Below are positions 12,256-25,800 of a DNA stretch of 64,000 nt, in pieces. The DNA lies in contig LSRY02000014.1 in the NCBI GenBank assembly GCA_001643675.2, forward strand, positions 744,001 through 808,000. Direction: 5' to 3'. Source of the stretch: Monocercomonoides exilis PA203. Taxonomy: Eukaryota; Protista; Preaxostyla. The position numbers were made by a program, and so were the translations under genes. The first letter of the stretch is position 1. The number at the start of each line of letters is the position of its first letter. The notes below the pieces were generated by a model. The model made no database searches. It was not told the origin of the DNA and saw only the letters and a list, made by a program, of their open reading frames with translations.

Positions 12256-12265
12256 TTTGATCAAA
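12256..12265. promoter_or_regulatory. TTTGATCAAA palindrome centred in a 78-bp bidirectional intergenic region
   Basis: Lies ~35 bp from each of the two divergent ATGs (12221 and 12300). Confidence 0.4.
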
Positions 12266-12299
12266 AAAGATTTGTTGTTAATACAAGAACAAGAAATAA

Positions 12300-13481
12300 A
12301 TGAAAATTGTTATTATCACATTTTCTAATACTGGCAATACCCAAATGATGGGGAAAATTATCGGAGAAGAACTTTGCAGAGAAGGAGAGCACGAAGTTGT
12401 GAAAGTTGATGGATTTAGCTTAATCAAGTACTTCGGAGTTGGTGGAAGAACAGGATCAAAAATAAAATCTTTTGAAGATATCGATAATTCAAAAAAAATA
12501 AAAGATATGATTGAGACAATTAAATCTGCTGAAGTCCTTGGAGTCGGAAGTTATGTTTATGGATTTTTTCCACCACCCGGAGTAACGGAACTATTTGATG
12601 AAGTTGTTTTACCTAAAACACTTTTCCAAAAAATGCAATTTTTCTTTGTGTTTTCGTCTCATGGAAGCTTGAAAAGTCCGACTTGCACAATTCTCCGAGA
12701 AACTATTCAGACAAAAAATCCATCTGCAATATTTTGCGGCTCAATTGATCTTCACTGCCCGGAAACAGCAGTTGAATTAATGGCACCTTTGGGGCATCCG
12801 GATGAATGGAGCACAAAAGAAATAGAGCGCTTAAGAGAATTCGGAAAAACTTTACTTGTGTCTCTGACAAAGAAAGAGAAAAAGACCGGAAAAACAATTA
12901 TACCAATGAAAGCTTATAAAGTTGCACAATCAACATCTCAGAATATTATTCGAGATATTACAGGAAAGTTATCAATTTCCGAAGATCTTTGCATTGGGTG
13001 TATGAAATGTGTGAATGTATGCCCATGGAATGCAATGGAGAAAAAAGTAAAAAATGTTAAAAAGGCACCATCTGAAAGTGAAAAAGGCATCGAAAACAAA
13101 GAACAAATGGAAAGTCATGCTATTAAAATCAAAGACATCGAAGAATATGTTCCGATGTGCAATGATAAAGAATGCTGGCATTGCGCACGTTGCTATAATT
13201 TATGTCCAAAAAAGGCAATTTCATTTCCTCGTTTCAATACTCAGCTTCGCGTACAGCATTCAGCTCCAAAACTTCCTTCAAGTTACAATAAAAGTGAAAA
13301 TCAATCAGAATTGTCTGAATCTTCGTCAGCTACAAAACAATCAGCATCTTCATCTTCAAATGATTTGCCAAAATTTGTTTCGCTTGCCCATCGCATGTTC
13401 ATTGGACACAGAGGAATTGAAGGTTTCCTGGTAATACTGTTGTGCTTTACAATACTCTTAATTTTGAAGAAATTATTGTAA
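12300..13481 (+). CDS. Flavodoxin-like domain fused to 2x[4Fe-4S] ferredoxin (EFR1-type) with a C-terminal transmembrane tail
   Basis: FMN-loop motif TFSNTGNT. Two CxxCxxCxxxCP motifs (CIGCMKCVNVCP, CWHCARCYNLCP). Terminal hydrophobic stretch GFLVILLCFTILLILKKLL*. Intronless. Confidence 0.85.
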   Translation: MKIVIITFSNTGNTQMMGKIIGEELCREGEHEVVKVDGFSLIKYFGVGGRTGSKIKSFEDIDNSKKIKDMIETIKSAEVLGVGSYVYGFFPPPGVTELFDEVVLPKTLFQKMQFFFVFSSHGSLKSPTCTILRETIQTKNPSAIFCGSIDLHCPETAVELMAPLGHPDEWSTKEIERLREFGKTLLVSLTKKEKKTGKTIIPMKAYKVAQSTSQNIIRDITGKLSISEDLCIGCMKCVNVCPWNAMEKKVKNVKKAPSESEKGIENKEQMESHAIKIKDIEEYVPMCNDKECWHCARCYNLCPKKAISFPRFNTQLRVQHSAPKLPSSYNKSENQSELSESSSATKQSASSSSNDLPKFVSLAHRMFIGHRGIEGFLVILLCFTILLILKKLL

Positions 13482-13837
13482 TTCTCATTGACCATCATCC
13501 AAAAGGATATTTTTAACTGATTTTAAAAATTTCATTTTGAGTTATTCTTTTCTTTATTTGAGCATTCGCATATTGGATTTGATTTAAATTGACCAAACGT
13601 TTGACGTTGATTTTATTTATGTTCATTAGTATGTATTTATTTTAATTGAAATTGTGATCAAATTATTATTTTTATTAAAAGTCGTGAATTGTATTTTTTC
13701 CTTTAACCTTTCGCGTTCAACAAATATTATCTTATATGAAAAATTTTTGTCTGTTTTTTTTAACCCCAAAAAGTTCAAATTAATTTGTATCAAACATCTA
13801 TAAAACAGCTTCTAAAAGTTGTACAATAATCGATCTT

Positions 13838-16800
13838 TCAAACGAAATTTCCTAATTGATCTAATTTCGTAGTCAAAACGTTTTGAGCTGCTTGATTTCT
13901 TTGGTCTTCAAGATTCAAAGAATTCGCAACTCTTGCAATTTCACTGTTAATGTCTTTCCACAACAATTTGCATTGATTCCGCTCACATTTCAGAAGCATA
14001 AGCTCATCAACACAACCTTCCTTAAAAACAGTTTTCTGTTCGACATCCTGTTCATTTGTGATTGGCTGGTGCTTGTTGCAATCATTTTGCTGATTTTCGT
14101 TTTCTTCTTCGCTTTCCAGGAAGATGTCGAGTGATTCACACAATACCGCAAGCGCATTCAGTTTCTCCATTATTTCAGTCTTTTTTGACTTCGTATCTGC
14201 TTCACGATTCAAACATTGGATGATCAACAATTGTGTGCGAAGATAAACAAGAGATGATGGATGCGACGGATGTTCGCATCGACAATACAAATGATGATTC
14301 ACATCAAAATAAGAATGAGTTGTTGTTTTCCCTTTCAAAATGTTTTCTTTGTCAAACATCGCTTTTGTTTCTTGCTGTTTAAAGTCGCACACATCCGAAA
14401 GGCCTCTGAGGAGAAGAGGAAAATATAAGGGATATTGAATTAAACGAAGCGCGTTTTTAGGCCGATTCATAAAGAGCTAAATATCAACATGTGAATACAA
14501 ATGTTGCAATGAATTGTGAGAGAAGGATTATAATTGTTACAAAAAGGTTTTTTTTTCAAAAAAAATTAAAATATTTCCATCACATCAAAAAATGTATTCA
14601 ATTCATCAATGCATCTAAATAACTAATTATTTCCACAAACCAAGCATCTGCACGAAAGAAGCAACGATGCAGCTGCAAACGAGTCGAATCGAAGTTCCAG
14701 TGCGAATGCCATCGAAAACGCAGCCCATCTGAGTGAATGTTGAGTAGCCCCTGACAAAAACAGGAAGTGTGCCACACGAAGTGAATGGAAGCAAAGAGCT
14801 GAGAGCGAAGTGGGTGTATGAACAAGAGAATGAACTGAAGTGAGCGTGACAACTCCGTTTGACAAGAGACGAAGTATTGACTTGGATGCAGAAAAGCGAT
14901 GTGATATGTTAGTTTCAGGTGATATGTCATCAAGCGCATCGTTCAGCGACTTCTGCAAACGATGAGCTTCGCAGTACCTTTTTGTAAAGAAGGAAAGCGG
15001 AGGCGGCACTGGAATGACTTTAAGAGGCAGAGAGGAAACAGAAGAAGGACCGTAAAGAAGATACGAAAACGGAGCATAAAACTGTGTTAATAGAGGGAAC
15101 TGATGATGCCAAAACGAAGAGATTAATATAAGAAAATGATATTAATGAAATATTTGAAAATAAATAAATGAACAAGATAAGGAAAAAACGAAAATTGCTC
15201 AGTTAAAATACACGAAAAAATGAAAATAAAATTATTAATTCAGAATATTCGAAAAAAAAAAAACTCATAAATAACTTTTTTAACATCAGCATACAAAAGC
15301 AGTCGTAAATTGCTGTTCCAATGTTTCTCTAATTGAGGCAAAAAAAGGCTCAAAATTCATTTCGACAATTCTGTAAGCCACTTGATTAGGAAATCCTGAA
15401 GAAAACAAAAATGGATCAATATTTAAATTTGTATGTTTTGATTGCACGGATAAAAAATCATCATTGAGATTATCTGCTAACTTAGAAGACTTATCTGAAA
15501 GAGGCTCTGAATCAAACGATGGTGATAAAAAAGGTTGATTGCCTGAAGATGAAATGGAAGAAGAAGAAGCAATAGCAGAAAGAGAATTATTGAATTGATT
15601 TAAAGTGAATGAGGATGAAATGAATGGAGTGGGGTCAAATGTGTTGGAGGCGGGAGTAGAAGAAAAGGGAGAGAAAGGTGAATAAGAAGATGGAAAATAC
15701 GAAGTGGTTGAAGTGGCATGAAGAGAATTGAAGTGATCAATTGAAATTTGAATTGGACTCAAGCAAATTGAAGTGTCTTCCATTAATAAATCATATTGAT
15801 GTTCTTTCTTTTCTTTGTGAGATGGAAATGCGGATATCGGAAAGCGTTTCAGATCGTCACCAAAGACAGGAAAAAAACGATGCTCAGACTCAAAAGAAGA
15901 AGGCGAAGGCCAAAAAACAGATTTCTCAAAGCGCTTGTCAGCCACTTGAACAGGAGGAGAGGCATCCAAAAATCTGTTTGACTGAAAAAAACCAAACTGA
16001 ATCATGACAGCATCTGAGAGGATCTTGTGCATCATCCGATACTCGTTCAATTGAGTCGAAGTCGAAAAAATACGGTTGTTAAACAGAACTGAGCCGAAGA
16101 GAGACCGAAACATTCCGCCTGCTATTTGTGGAACAATCCCTGCAATTATTATTTTCAATCTGTACAAAACTGATAACACTGACAGATTTTTGCCCTTTGT
16201 TTGTGAGAGTTAAAGTGAATCACAAAGGGAAATATCCAATTTATCATATTTTGAATCAGTGCATACACGCAATAATCAAAAGAAAAAAAATGATGTTTGA
16301 ATCAAAGTTTTAAAAAAATTAATGAATTAGAAAGAAAAATCAACACACCAATGTGGCATCTTTAATAGCCTCGTTCAAGAACTGCCAAGCCATCTTGCTT
16401 TTTCTGATCCAATGTTGATGCTTATCAAGTATTTCTGAAGGATTGATTTCATTGCAATTTTTTGAATCACGTGGCTGCAGCTGAAGTTCATCTAAATGAT
16501 TAGATAATAAAAGCTGTGGTGAAGATGAGGAAGAAGAAGAAGAAGAAAGAAGAGGAGAAAAAGATGATGTTGAAGATGTAGAAGATGAAGCAGACGACTG
16601 TTCTTCATCCAATTCATCATTTAACTCTTTAAAAATTTGAGTGACATCTTTTTTAACTCTTGCGTTTCTTTTCAATTCGGCTTTTAAACTATTGTCATGC
16701 TCATAAACTGAAAACATGTTTTTAACTTCATCTATTTCCTTTTCAAACGACCATAAATCAGTTTTCTTCCACAACCGTGTTGATGCTCTTTCTGATATCT

Positions 16801-17926
16801 TCCGCTTTTCATAGCTTTCTTCATCTCCATCGAGATCTTCCAACAGATCAGTCAACGATACCCATCCTCTCACCAAGCTTATAGCTCGCTCTCCATCCAG
16901 CTCGTGTGCAAACACGTCTGCCTTTCTTGCCAGTTCATGTGCAACTTTCCAGTTCCCTTTTAACAGTTCTGACTTTGTGCGGTGCAGCGCCTTCAGCATT
17001 CTGCTGTATTGAAAATCTCTCCTTTCGTATAAGGCTGCCGAGTGGTAAGTGTTTGATTGTAAAATATGCAAAGGAAATATCTTATTCATAAAATATGTGT
17101 TTTGAAAATCGCTGAATTCCTTGCACTTTGGTGCGTAGGCTTTTATTAATGTTGATAAATCGTATTGACGAACAGGCTTGATAAGTGGAGCATTCAATTC
17201 ATAAAAAGTCAAGTCATTTAACTCCCTATAGCTAAAGCTTCTATGACATAAATCAAACGAACCAGTATAATAACTTTAAAATAAAAATGTGGAATTAAAA
17301 TTCTTGATAAAAAATACAATTCTTTCAAACGTTATCAGGTCGTGAGATAGCCCAATCAAAACTGGAAAAGGTTCAAATAATAAAGGTACTATTTGAGTTA
17401 TAAGAATTCCAAAGAGACTATTTTTTGTCTGAAATAAAAAAAATTTTTTTTATTTTCTAAATATTTGAACAAAAAAGAATGTCATACAATATATTCTGGG
17501 AATTCACGAGATATAATATTTGATTCATTCGTTAGTTCACCCAAACATTCTATGTAATCTCTCAGAAATAAAGGATTAAACAATTTTATGAACTAAAAAT
17601 TCTCTTTTAAATATTTTCAAAAATTTCAAAACATACTGTTTCCTCGAACTCGTTCCACACGCTTTGATGCTCCGAAAAGTCATCTAAAAAAGATGACTTT
17701 AGAACTGCGTAAGTTGGCTTGTTGTCAAAATGCTTTTATGTCAAACGAAAATTTAAATATGCATTCAAATGTGAAGAAATTAACTTTCCAAGTGTATTAA
17801 AATTGGTTCACGTACCAAAGTTTTAAAAACAAATCTCATAAGTATTTTGGTTTCAATGTTTCCCGCTTTCTTTTTTGACATATTGTAGATAAACGCGGAA
17901 ATCGCAATTTCTGAAGGACTTATCAT
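13838..17926 (-). CDS. Large multi-exon helical protein, possibly anaphase-promoting complex subunit 5 (APC5)-like
   Basis: ATG 17926 gives MISPSEIAISAFIYNMS, and a later exon gives TKNSLFGILITQ. These resemble the APC5 N-terminal TPYKIAVLVLLNEMS and KTSVVGLFLR motifs. Exons include ORFs 16340-17212, 15286-16179, 14623-15009 and 13838-14470. The gene is well supported; its identity is tentative. Confidence 0.45.
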
Positions 17927-18086
17927 TCTTCATTTATTATTATGGGGACTTCATTATTTTTCTGAATTCTAAAAAACATCTAAAAGATATACATCCTCTA
18001 ATGAAATGATTTAAATTACTTTTGTTAATGGTGAAGTGAATTTAAAGGATTTTAAAAATATAATAAATGAGTATAGAATTAATAAT

Positions 18087-19807
18087 TCATCCTGAAAATA
18101 GATTACTAAGAACTACATCAGTATTTTTTGGAAATGGCTTTTCATCGTAACTCATAAATGAAACAATTTGAGGATGAACTGTGTATTTCATTTCTCTTCC
18201 CTTTGTGGCACGTCTGTTAATGAAAGCCTGCTTTGCTTTGTGTTGTAATTTTTGTGTGGCAATAAGAGATGCTTGAGCAGTTTCTATCTCAAGAGAAGAT
18301 AAAAATCCCCCAAAGCCAGAAGAAGGCAAGGCCAATGACTTATTTGTTGTTTCACCATCTGCAAAGTTATCTTCGTCAATTTGCTGGGCGACTGTTGTTG
18401 CAGCTGTCGATCTGAGCAAACTCCGAATAAGCATCTGATAGAAGTCGTTATCATCCACAATATATCTGTTTATTTCTTTCTTTTTCAGAAGTTCTCTTTG
18501 ATCCACATCGAGAAAAGATCCAGATTCGCTGCCTGGTTTTTCCTTTTTCTGTGCTGCAGGGTCTGTTTCTGTTCCTATTGGCACAGCACCCACCCTGTTC
18601 GTGTGCATTCGCAGCAGCATTCTTTCTTTTTCTCGTGTGATGTTTGCCACTTGAGTCGAAATAGGCAGCTGCAGATTTCTCAGCAACGCCATGCTGCTTC
18701 CACTCATTTTCCTCGACATCGTCGGCGCTAGTGACTTCGCTATTGATGCACGCATATGAGCTGCATCGGCTATAGAAGCAATTTTTGGTCGACACAACTT
18801 TCTTAAAGACATCGAGCTCGAAAGATAAGAAGAGACTTCATCTGAAAGAGAAGAAGGTTTTTTTCCTGAAGATGAATTGGATGAAGAAATAGAAGAAATA
18901 GATTTTTCAGAAGCAACAGTACGAGAAAATGATTTTTGTATTTCCAGAAAAGAACCGAGCAGAGATTTTGCTGCGGCCCTTGCTCGTTTGAGCGAAGCGT
19001 TAAGTGCTGGAGATGGCTGAACCGTTTTTTCTTTTGGCAAAGCATCAGTTTTTTCAGGCTTTTCAGCCTTTCCTGATTTTTCCGGTTTTTCAGTCTTGTC
19101 AGACGAGTTAATGAATTGAAAAGCTGAAGTTTGTGGTTGAGGAAGACGATTTATAAGTGTAAAGAGCTTTGAAAGAGAAATTCTTGTTTGAACAAGAGTT
19201 GTCCAAGATCTCTTTTGACTGAGAACTCTTTGAGCATTTTTCATCTCTTCCTCTGCGCTTGATGCAACTATAACTGATTGCGTATTTTTCAGTTTTTTCT
19301 TTGAGTCTGTATCTTCCTTGCTTGAAGATGGAGTTGAATAAAGTGATGCAGCAGTTGAGAGAAGATCATCAGATTCTTCTTCACTTGACATTTCATCGTC
19401 TGATTGGCTTCCTTCTTCTGAATGGTCATTTTGCATATCATCTTTACTAGCAGCTGATACAGTTTTTTGTTGATTTTGAAATTTTCTAAATAGATCAATT
19501 CGTTTTCTCGAAAGAGGTCGACCCGAGTAAAATCCACCAGTAAGTGACACATGTTGCTTTGTGGGTTTTGCTAAAAGAACTTGAGAACTAATTGTCGAAT
19601 TTATAAAAGATTGAAAAGCATCTTATTTCTGAAATAAAAACGAAAAACCTGTCTAATTCAGTGTCATAACGAACTGAATTGTCAAAATCATCTTCCTCTT
19701 CATCAATTCCTAATAATAAAATAAGAAATTCAGAAAATATGAACCATCAGAAAACTATCGTAACTATTCACTTAATAAACTCAAATACCGATAATTTTTG
19801 GTGACAT
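18087..19807 (-). CDS. BFR2: AATF/Bfr2 SSU processome factor (TRAUB domain)
   Basis: C-terminal DDNDFYQMLIRSLL and NRRATKGREMKYTVHPQIVSFM are TRAUB-domain signatures. Acidic N-terminus. Two short 5' exons upstream of ORF 18087-19550, ATG at 19807. Confidence 0.85.
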
Positions 19808-19856
19808 TACAAAATTGTGGAAAACAGATCAAACCTTTTGATAATTTGCTTATATA

Positions 19857-22800
19857 ATGACTTTCTTGTCGCAACAGGCTTTCCCAGGAGCTTTGAAGCT
19901 GTTGCTATACCACGAAAGTGTTCATTATATAAATTCTGTTATCGTTTGGCAGGGATACACAACATTTATAATCAATGATGGACAAATCTTGTTTTGCATC
20001 AACACTGAACAGTTAAAAGGATACAAAAGCCCAATTAGTTTTCTTTTGAGTAATTGTCATCGAAGGCAAAACGAAAGGTTTTATTTATTCCATCAATTTA
20101 AGTGAATTTCAACTTTTTTATTCAAGCACTCCAATCTTCCTTTGCTATCATTTCGATCTGTCTCCTGTCATAAAAGTTATATACGGGAATTTTCCGCATT
20201 TGGTTAACTGGGAAAAGGAGAAACATGTTGTATGAGTGATTTTTTTAAAAGGAAAATTATGATTAAAAATCATCATCATTATCTTTTTTTAGCCAACGCT
20301 TTATGCTGTTCTTAGAAACGGAACAATAGTACCATTTATATATGAAAGAATAAACCAGAACATAACCAATGTTTTTCAATGGAGATGCTATGAGCAGCAT
20401 GCTTTCTCTCTTCCACCTCTTCCAGAACAGTATTTACCATCTACATCTCTCAGTCGCAGCGTAAAATATCGCAAGACGAACTATCTGCAAAAGCATAGAT
20501 GCGTGCTTGATATTACAATGTCAAATAAAACATTTTTCTGGGCTGAATGGACGCCTTCTGAAAGTGAAATTTCTTCCAGCATTTTACGAAAGCATCAAGC
20601 CGCTTCATCTGGCTTGCATTCAGCACCAACAGAACCATTGACCGTTGAACCAAAGCATGGAGAACGCTATGTTACTGTGGCGTTATGCTGTGCATCAATG
20701 AACATAACTTCTTTATCATCTGTGGAACAAAGTGCAATTCCTCAATCTTCTTTCTCCACTCAGAATTTCAGCAATTTCCGAGTGCTTTCATATGGACTCC
20801 AGGCTCTTTTAACACCCTTGAGGAAATCTGTTTCAGCTCCACCACTTCCAGACTTCGAGACATTTTACGACGAAAATGAAGAAGACGATGAATTAACCCT
20901 TAGAAATGGCGAATCATCCAAATTGTCTGGGAGTAGCGGGCAGTCTTCGCTTTCCACCGGAATCTACTCAATGCGATTCCAGCAGATTGTGCACAGGTCG
21001 CAGATCGACGGGATGCTGAGCCAGGCGCGCCAGCTGGAGGACATGGAGAGGAAAGCCAGACAGCACTCACTTGTCTTGCTTCTCGACCTGCCTTCGTATT
21101 TGCCTGCTGAACAGCAAACAGTCTGCTACGCTGTCATCCGCCCGTATGTGTATGTTTTCCTACCTCCTCCTCCTCCTCTTCAATCTTCAACAGCGCCTTC
21201 TTTGTCCAAACACAACAACATATCACCAGAAAGAATGCCTTTCAATGCAGCTGCTGATGCCCCAGTGTTTTGCTGTGCGGAAATGAAAGGGCGGTTGGGA
21301 GACCCATATTTTGTGCACCCGATTTATCGAAGTCTTGTTGCCTTTGCATCTGAAGGAGGAGGATTTTACCATCCTTTTCATTTACTCCGCGGCGTCAGCT
21401 CAATCGGAGACGGATCTTCACTTACATCATCTGCAACTTCAAATGCACTTCAACACATTTCTTCCTCATCGTTGTTGCCTTCTTCTTCTTCTTCTTCTTC
21501 TTCTTCTTCTTCTGCTTCCTCATCCTCCTCTTCTTCTTTGATTCCTTCTCTCCGAAGCAACAGCATCCCATCTATTAGCCCCCATGTTCCGTCTCTTTTT
21601 GTCTTAGACATTTGCCTTTGCCCTTCCACTCCAAACATTTCTCTTCGAAACCATCTCATTTCATCTTTTGTTCCGAAGCTTGTTTGCCACTGCAGCTGGA
21701 TCGAAGCTGCTTCTCTTCCTTTCCTTTCACACCAATCGCCTTCACAAGTCACACAAACACACAATGACTTTTCTTTATCTCATTCTTCATCTTCTTCTCT
21801 TCATTCGTCCCGCCCTTCTGCCTCTTCCTCCAAAATACTCCAACTTCCTCTTTCTCTCCAGCCACACGCCCTCAAATCCCCTCACAGAATCAGACTGCCC
21901 CAGATCCCTTCGTATTCGTCTAAGCCCTCTCTCTCATTGTATCCTGAGCATCAGGAGCCTTCCTCCTCCTCTGACGAAGCAGCAGGGGAGTCTTTGAACA
22001 GCAGAAGTCGATTGAAACCTCCACCGCCTCGGACAAACAGCACTTTGAGGACTTTCAACACACCTTTCTCTGCTTCTTCCTTCACTTCCTCTGCCTCTTC
22101 CCCTTCTTCTTCCTTTTCTTCTTCTTCTTCCCAATCATCTGTGCGTACATCCCCCTTCAAACTGAAACCATCTCGCTATCCTTTCCCTCTTCCCTCGCTG
22201 GCTGGTCTGTCTGCAGACGAGTGGGTGCAACATATTGGCCCAATGGGCAAGTTTTTTGTGGCCCTCACATCGAACGGGCGATGCTTTGTGTTCGACGCCT
22301 TTGACCCTTCCATCCTTCCTCAGAACTCATTTTTGCACATTCGGTCAACTTCTTCTAATTCTTCTTCTTCTTCTAATTCTTCTCTATTTGGGGGAGAAAG
22401 CAAACACACAGGAAAACCAAAAACACCACAACAACGCATTGACGAGTATTTATATGGCTCCTCCTCCCTCTCCCCCGCTCATCCCACACGTCCTGGCCAT
22501 TCTCTCTTCCAAAACATCGACCCGTCCCTTCGAGGCGCCTCGATGTCAACCGCACTCAGCATGGCAGTGACGCTCTTTGATGTGTCCAGGGCGCTGGAGA
22601 GTGCGACGCCGATTGGCGAGGAAATGAAGCTGTTTGACCTGAAGCAGAGCAAAGCAAACACAATGGACGCCCTCCGGATGCAGCTGGAGGCAGAACTGAG
22701 GGTGCTGATGGAGTATGAGGAGAGAGAGAGAGAGAGAGAGAGGAAGGAGAAGGAGAAAGGAAGAGAAGGGAAGAGAGAAGGAAACAGAGAACAAGGAGAA

Positions 22801-25800
22801 GAAGATGACCAGGCAACATTATTTGACAAAGTGGAGGGAGATGAATCAAAGGACGAGCGCATCACTCGAACAGACAAGACATCACAAGGAATTTCATCTC
22901 AATCACAACAACAACAACAGCAACAGTCACAGCCTCAACTGCCAGCCACACTGGCACACCCGTCTCAAGTGCACTCCCAGCGGCACAAGCTGTGCAAGGC
23001 GTTCTTTCCAAATTCTCTCTTCCGCCTACTGTTTGACGGCGTGTGCTCGACGCTCCCTTCTTCTTCTGTGCCTTCTTCTTTCCTCGACGACGACCTCTTT
23101 CAGCCAGCCACGCCTGTTCCTCCGCCGCCTGCTCTGTTTCTGGGCGGCTTTTCGCTTCCAGTCGATGTCAGCCATCATTCTTCACTGGAATGCTTAGAGA
23201 GCCCCTCCCGCTATGCCATGTGGATCACAGCTGCTGCTTCTCCTGCAAGCTTTGCATCGGCACAGGATTCAATGGCTCCTGTTTCTTCTTCTGCTTCTTC
23301 TGCTTCCTCTTCTGCTTCATCTTCAACCTCAACCTCCCCTTCTTCTTCTTTTGCTTCTTCACAAAATCCTCTTTCTCTCCTGTCCAGTGCATCGTCTTCA
23401 TTCGGACCAGAATGTGGTGTGTTTCTGTCTCCGTCTTTGGGCCCTGACGACACATCACCAGAGCAAGCATTGAATTATCTGATGAAACAGCCTCTTCCTC
23501 CTCTTCCTTCTCTTTCCTCCTCCTCCTCTTCCTCCTCTTCATCATCATCCTCTTCCTCTTCTTCCTCTTATTCCTCCTCCTCTTCTTCCTCTTTTGAGCC
23601 ATATCGTCATCAATCAGTCCAGCAGCGTCTCCACCAGCCCACATTCTCCACACCCCCACAGTTATTCTCCTTCTCCTGCTCAGATTCTGTCGGCATTGCT
23701 CTTCTTCTCGCAAAGTCAGCCATCGACCCCCTCGCCAGCCTTGTTGAAGCAGCCGTCGTGCAGCGCCAAGCAGAGAAAGAGCGGGAGGCAGAGAGAGAAA
23801 AGATCAGAGCGAAGATCTCAAAGGCCAAGCAATACACAGACACTACCACATCCACCACAGCCACCACAGGCGGAGGAGAAGGGCTGAAGACAAACGAGCA
23901 GGTTGATTTGGCTGGGGGAAATGGAATGAGCAATCCAAACTGTTGTTTGTTGGCTTCACACCCGTTCCACGTTCACAGCATGAGACAAACAATACCTGTT
24001 GCACACTCATCCTCCGCACACATCACTCCAATGCAGGCAGTCACATCATCTTCCTTCCATCTCTCCTTGCCTTCTTCACTTTACTCGTTCGACCACCGAA
24101 GCTTTCTGTACCCTCCTCTTTCTGACTCACATGCGTCATCCTCTTGGTCTTCCTCGCGCCTCAACCCTTTCATCTTCCCTCATCACTCATCAGCAGCACT
24201 GCCGTCTTCCCTCCGGTCGCTTTCTGAAGAGCTCGCAAAGACTGCCAGAGGCCTGCTCACATTCAAAGCAGCCGAGCACACTGCGCAGTGTGAACAGAAA
24301 ACGACTTCACAGACAACATTCTCCTTGTTCACGTCAGTCTCTTCTCTTTCGCAGCTTCCTCTTCTCCTGCCAGACGCCCCGCTCCTCTCGTCCTGGATGA
24401 GCATGCTGAGGCAGACGCAGAAGTGGCATCGAAACACACACTCCAAAGGGCAGCCTCCAATCAACATTCAGCGGATGCTTGCATTGGGACTGACACGGAT
24501 GGGATCTTTGGCACCAGAGCTGCTGCGGAGTGGAGGGAACATGGCGTTTGACTCGTCAGCTGCGGCGGAGCTGTTGGATAGCGGCTCTTCTTCTTCTTGT
24601 TCTGTTAGCGATGCGGCGTTTGTGGCGAGTGTAATGGGCACTCCTCAGCTGTTCTGGATGCTGAATACTCCTGTTCACCCATCGTGGATTATGCTCTTCC
24701 GCACGTTTGCATCGATGCTCGTGTTCTCCATCGAGAAGGCGAAAGAGCGCGAGGCCGAAGAAGAGTTCATCCAGAAGAAGATCGACGAGGAGGCCAGCAA
24801 AGAAAAAGAGCGCAAAGAGAAAGGAGGGACAGTTGTTGTCTTCGGCTGGCACAACGCAAAGAGCCTGCTTCAGAGTCAATCAAACACAAACTCTGCAGAT
24901 TCACAGGGAGCAGCAGGAGAAAGACAGCAGCAATTGACATCATCATCATCTTCTTCTTCTTCCTCTTCGACTTCACAGGATCAGCGGCAGTCCACTTTCT
25001 ATCGCTCACAAGAGCTTCTCCGTCATGTTCTGATCAACGTCTCGTCCATCTCCTCTTTTCTGTATGTTGCCATCCGCTCGCTCTTTCGAGCTATTTCGCT
25101 TCTCTCACTGACAGATGCCTCGCCAAACGACTCATCTCCCACGCCTCGCCTTGTTGTGGCACTGGCACTGAATCTGATGAGGATTCTTTACACGCTGAGG
25201 ACACTGGCGGGTGTGGAGTGCAGTGCAACAAACGGAGAAATACAGAGGATGATGCAGGACATCGACGAAGACACAGACACAGCCACAGCCACAGAACAGA
25301 TGCCAATGGGAAGTGGGTTGAGACAGAATGAAGGAGCATCTGAAGATTCAAGCTTCATTTCTTCTTCTTATTCTTCAACTGGAATGTATTTAGATGGAAA
25401 CAAAATTCGTCGAAGTCCAATGAATGGTCTTTGGAATCAGCCATATTTGCAATCTGATTATTATCCTTCCTCTCCCTCCTCTTCCCCCTCCTCCTCATCA
25501 TCAGAGAGAGACCTTCATTCCACTGACTGTCCAGAGTGGATTATGCACCGGATGTCTTTTCTCCCTGCCATCAGCCCGTCCTCTCCAGCACCCCCCGCCG
25601 ACCCCTTTACCGTCCTCCTCCGCTCGCTCGGCCTGTTCATCTTGGCCAATTCGCGCACACCTGCCTTGTTTGCGACACTTCTGAGTGATCCTTCCTTCAC
25701 TCCGCTGGCTGCAGGTGCAATGATCCACCACATCTCCACATATTACGCACTCCCTGCCACATTCAGCTCTCCTCTGCCTTCCACAGAAATCATCAAAAAA

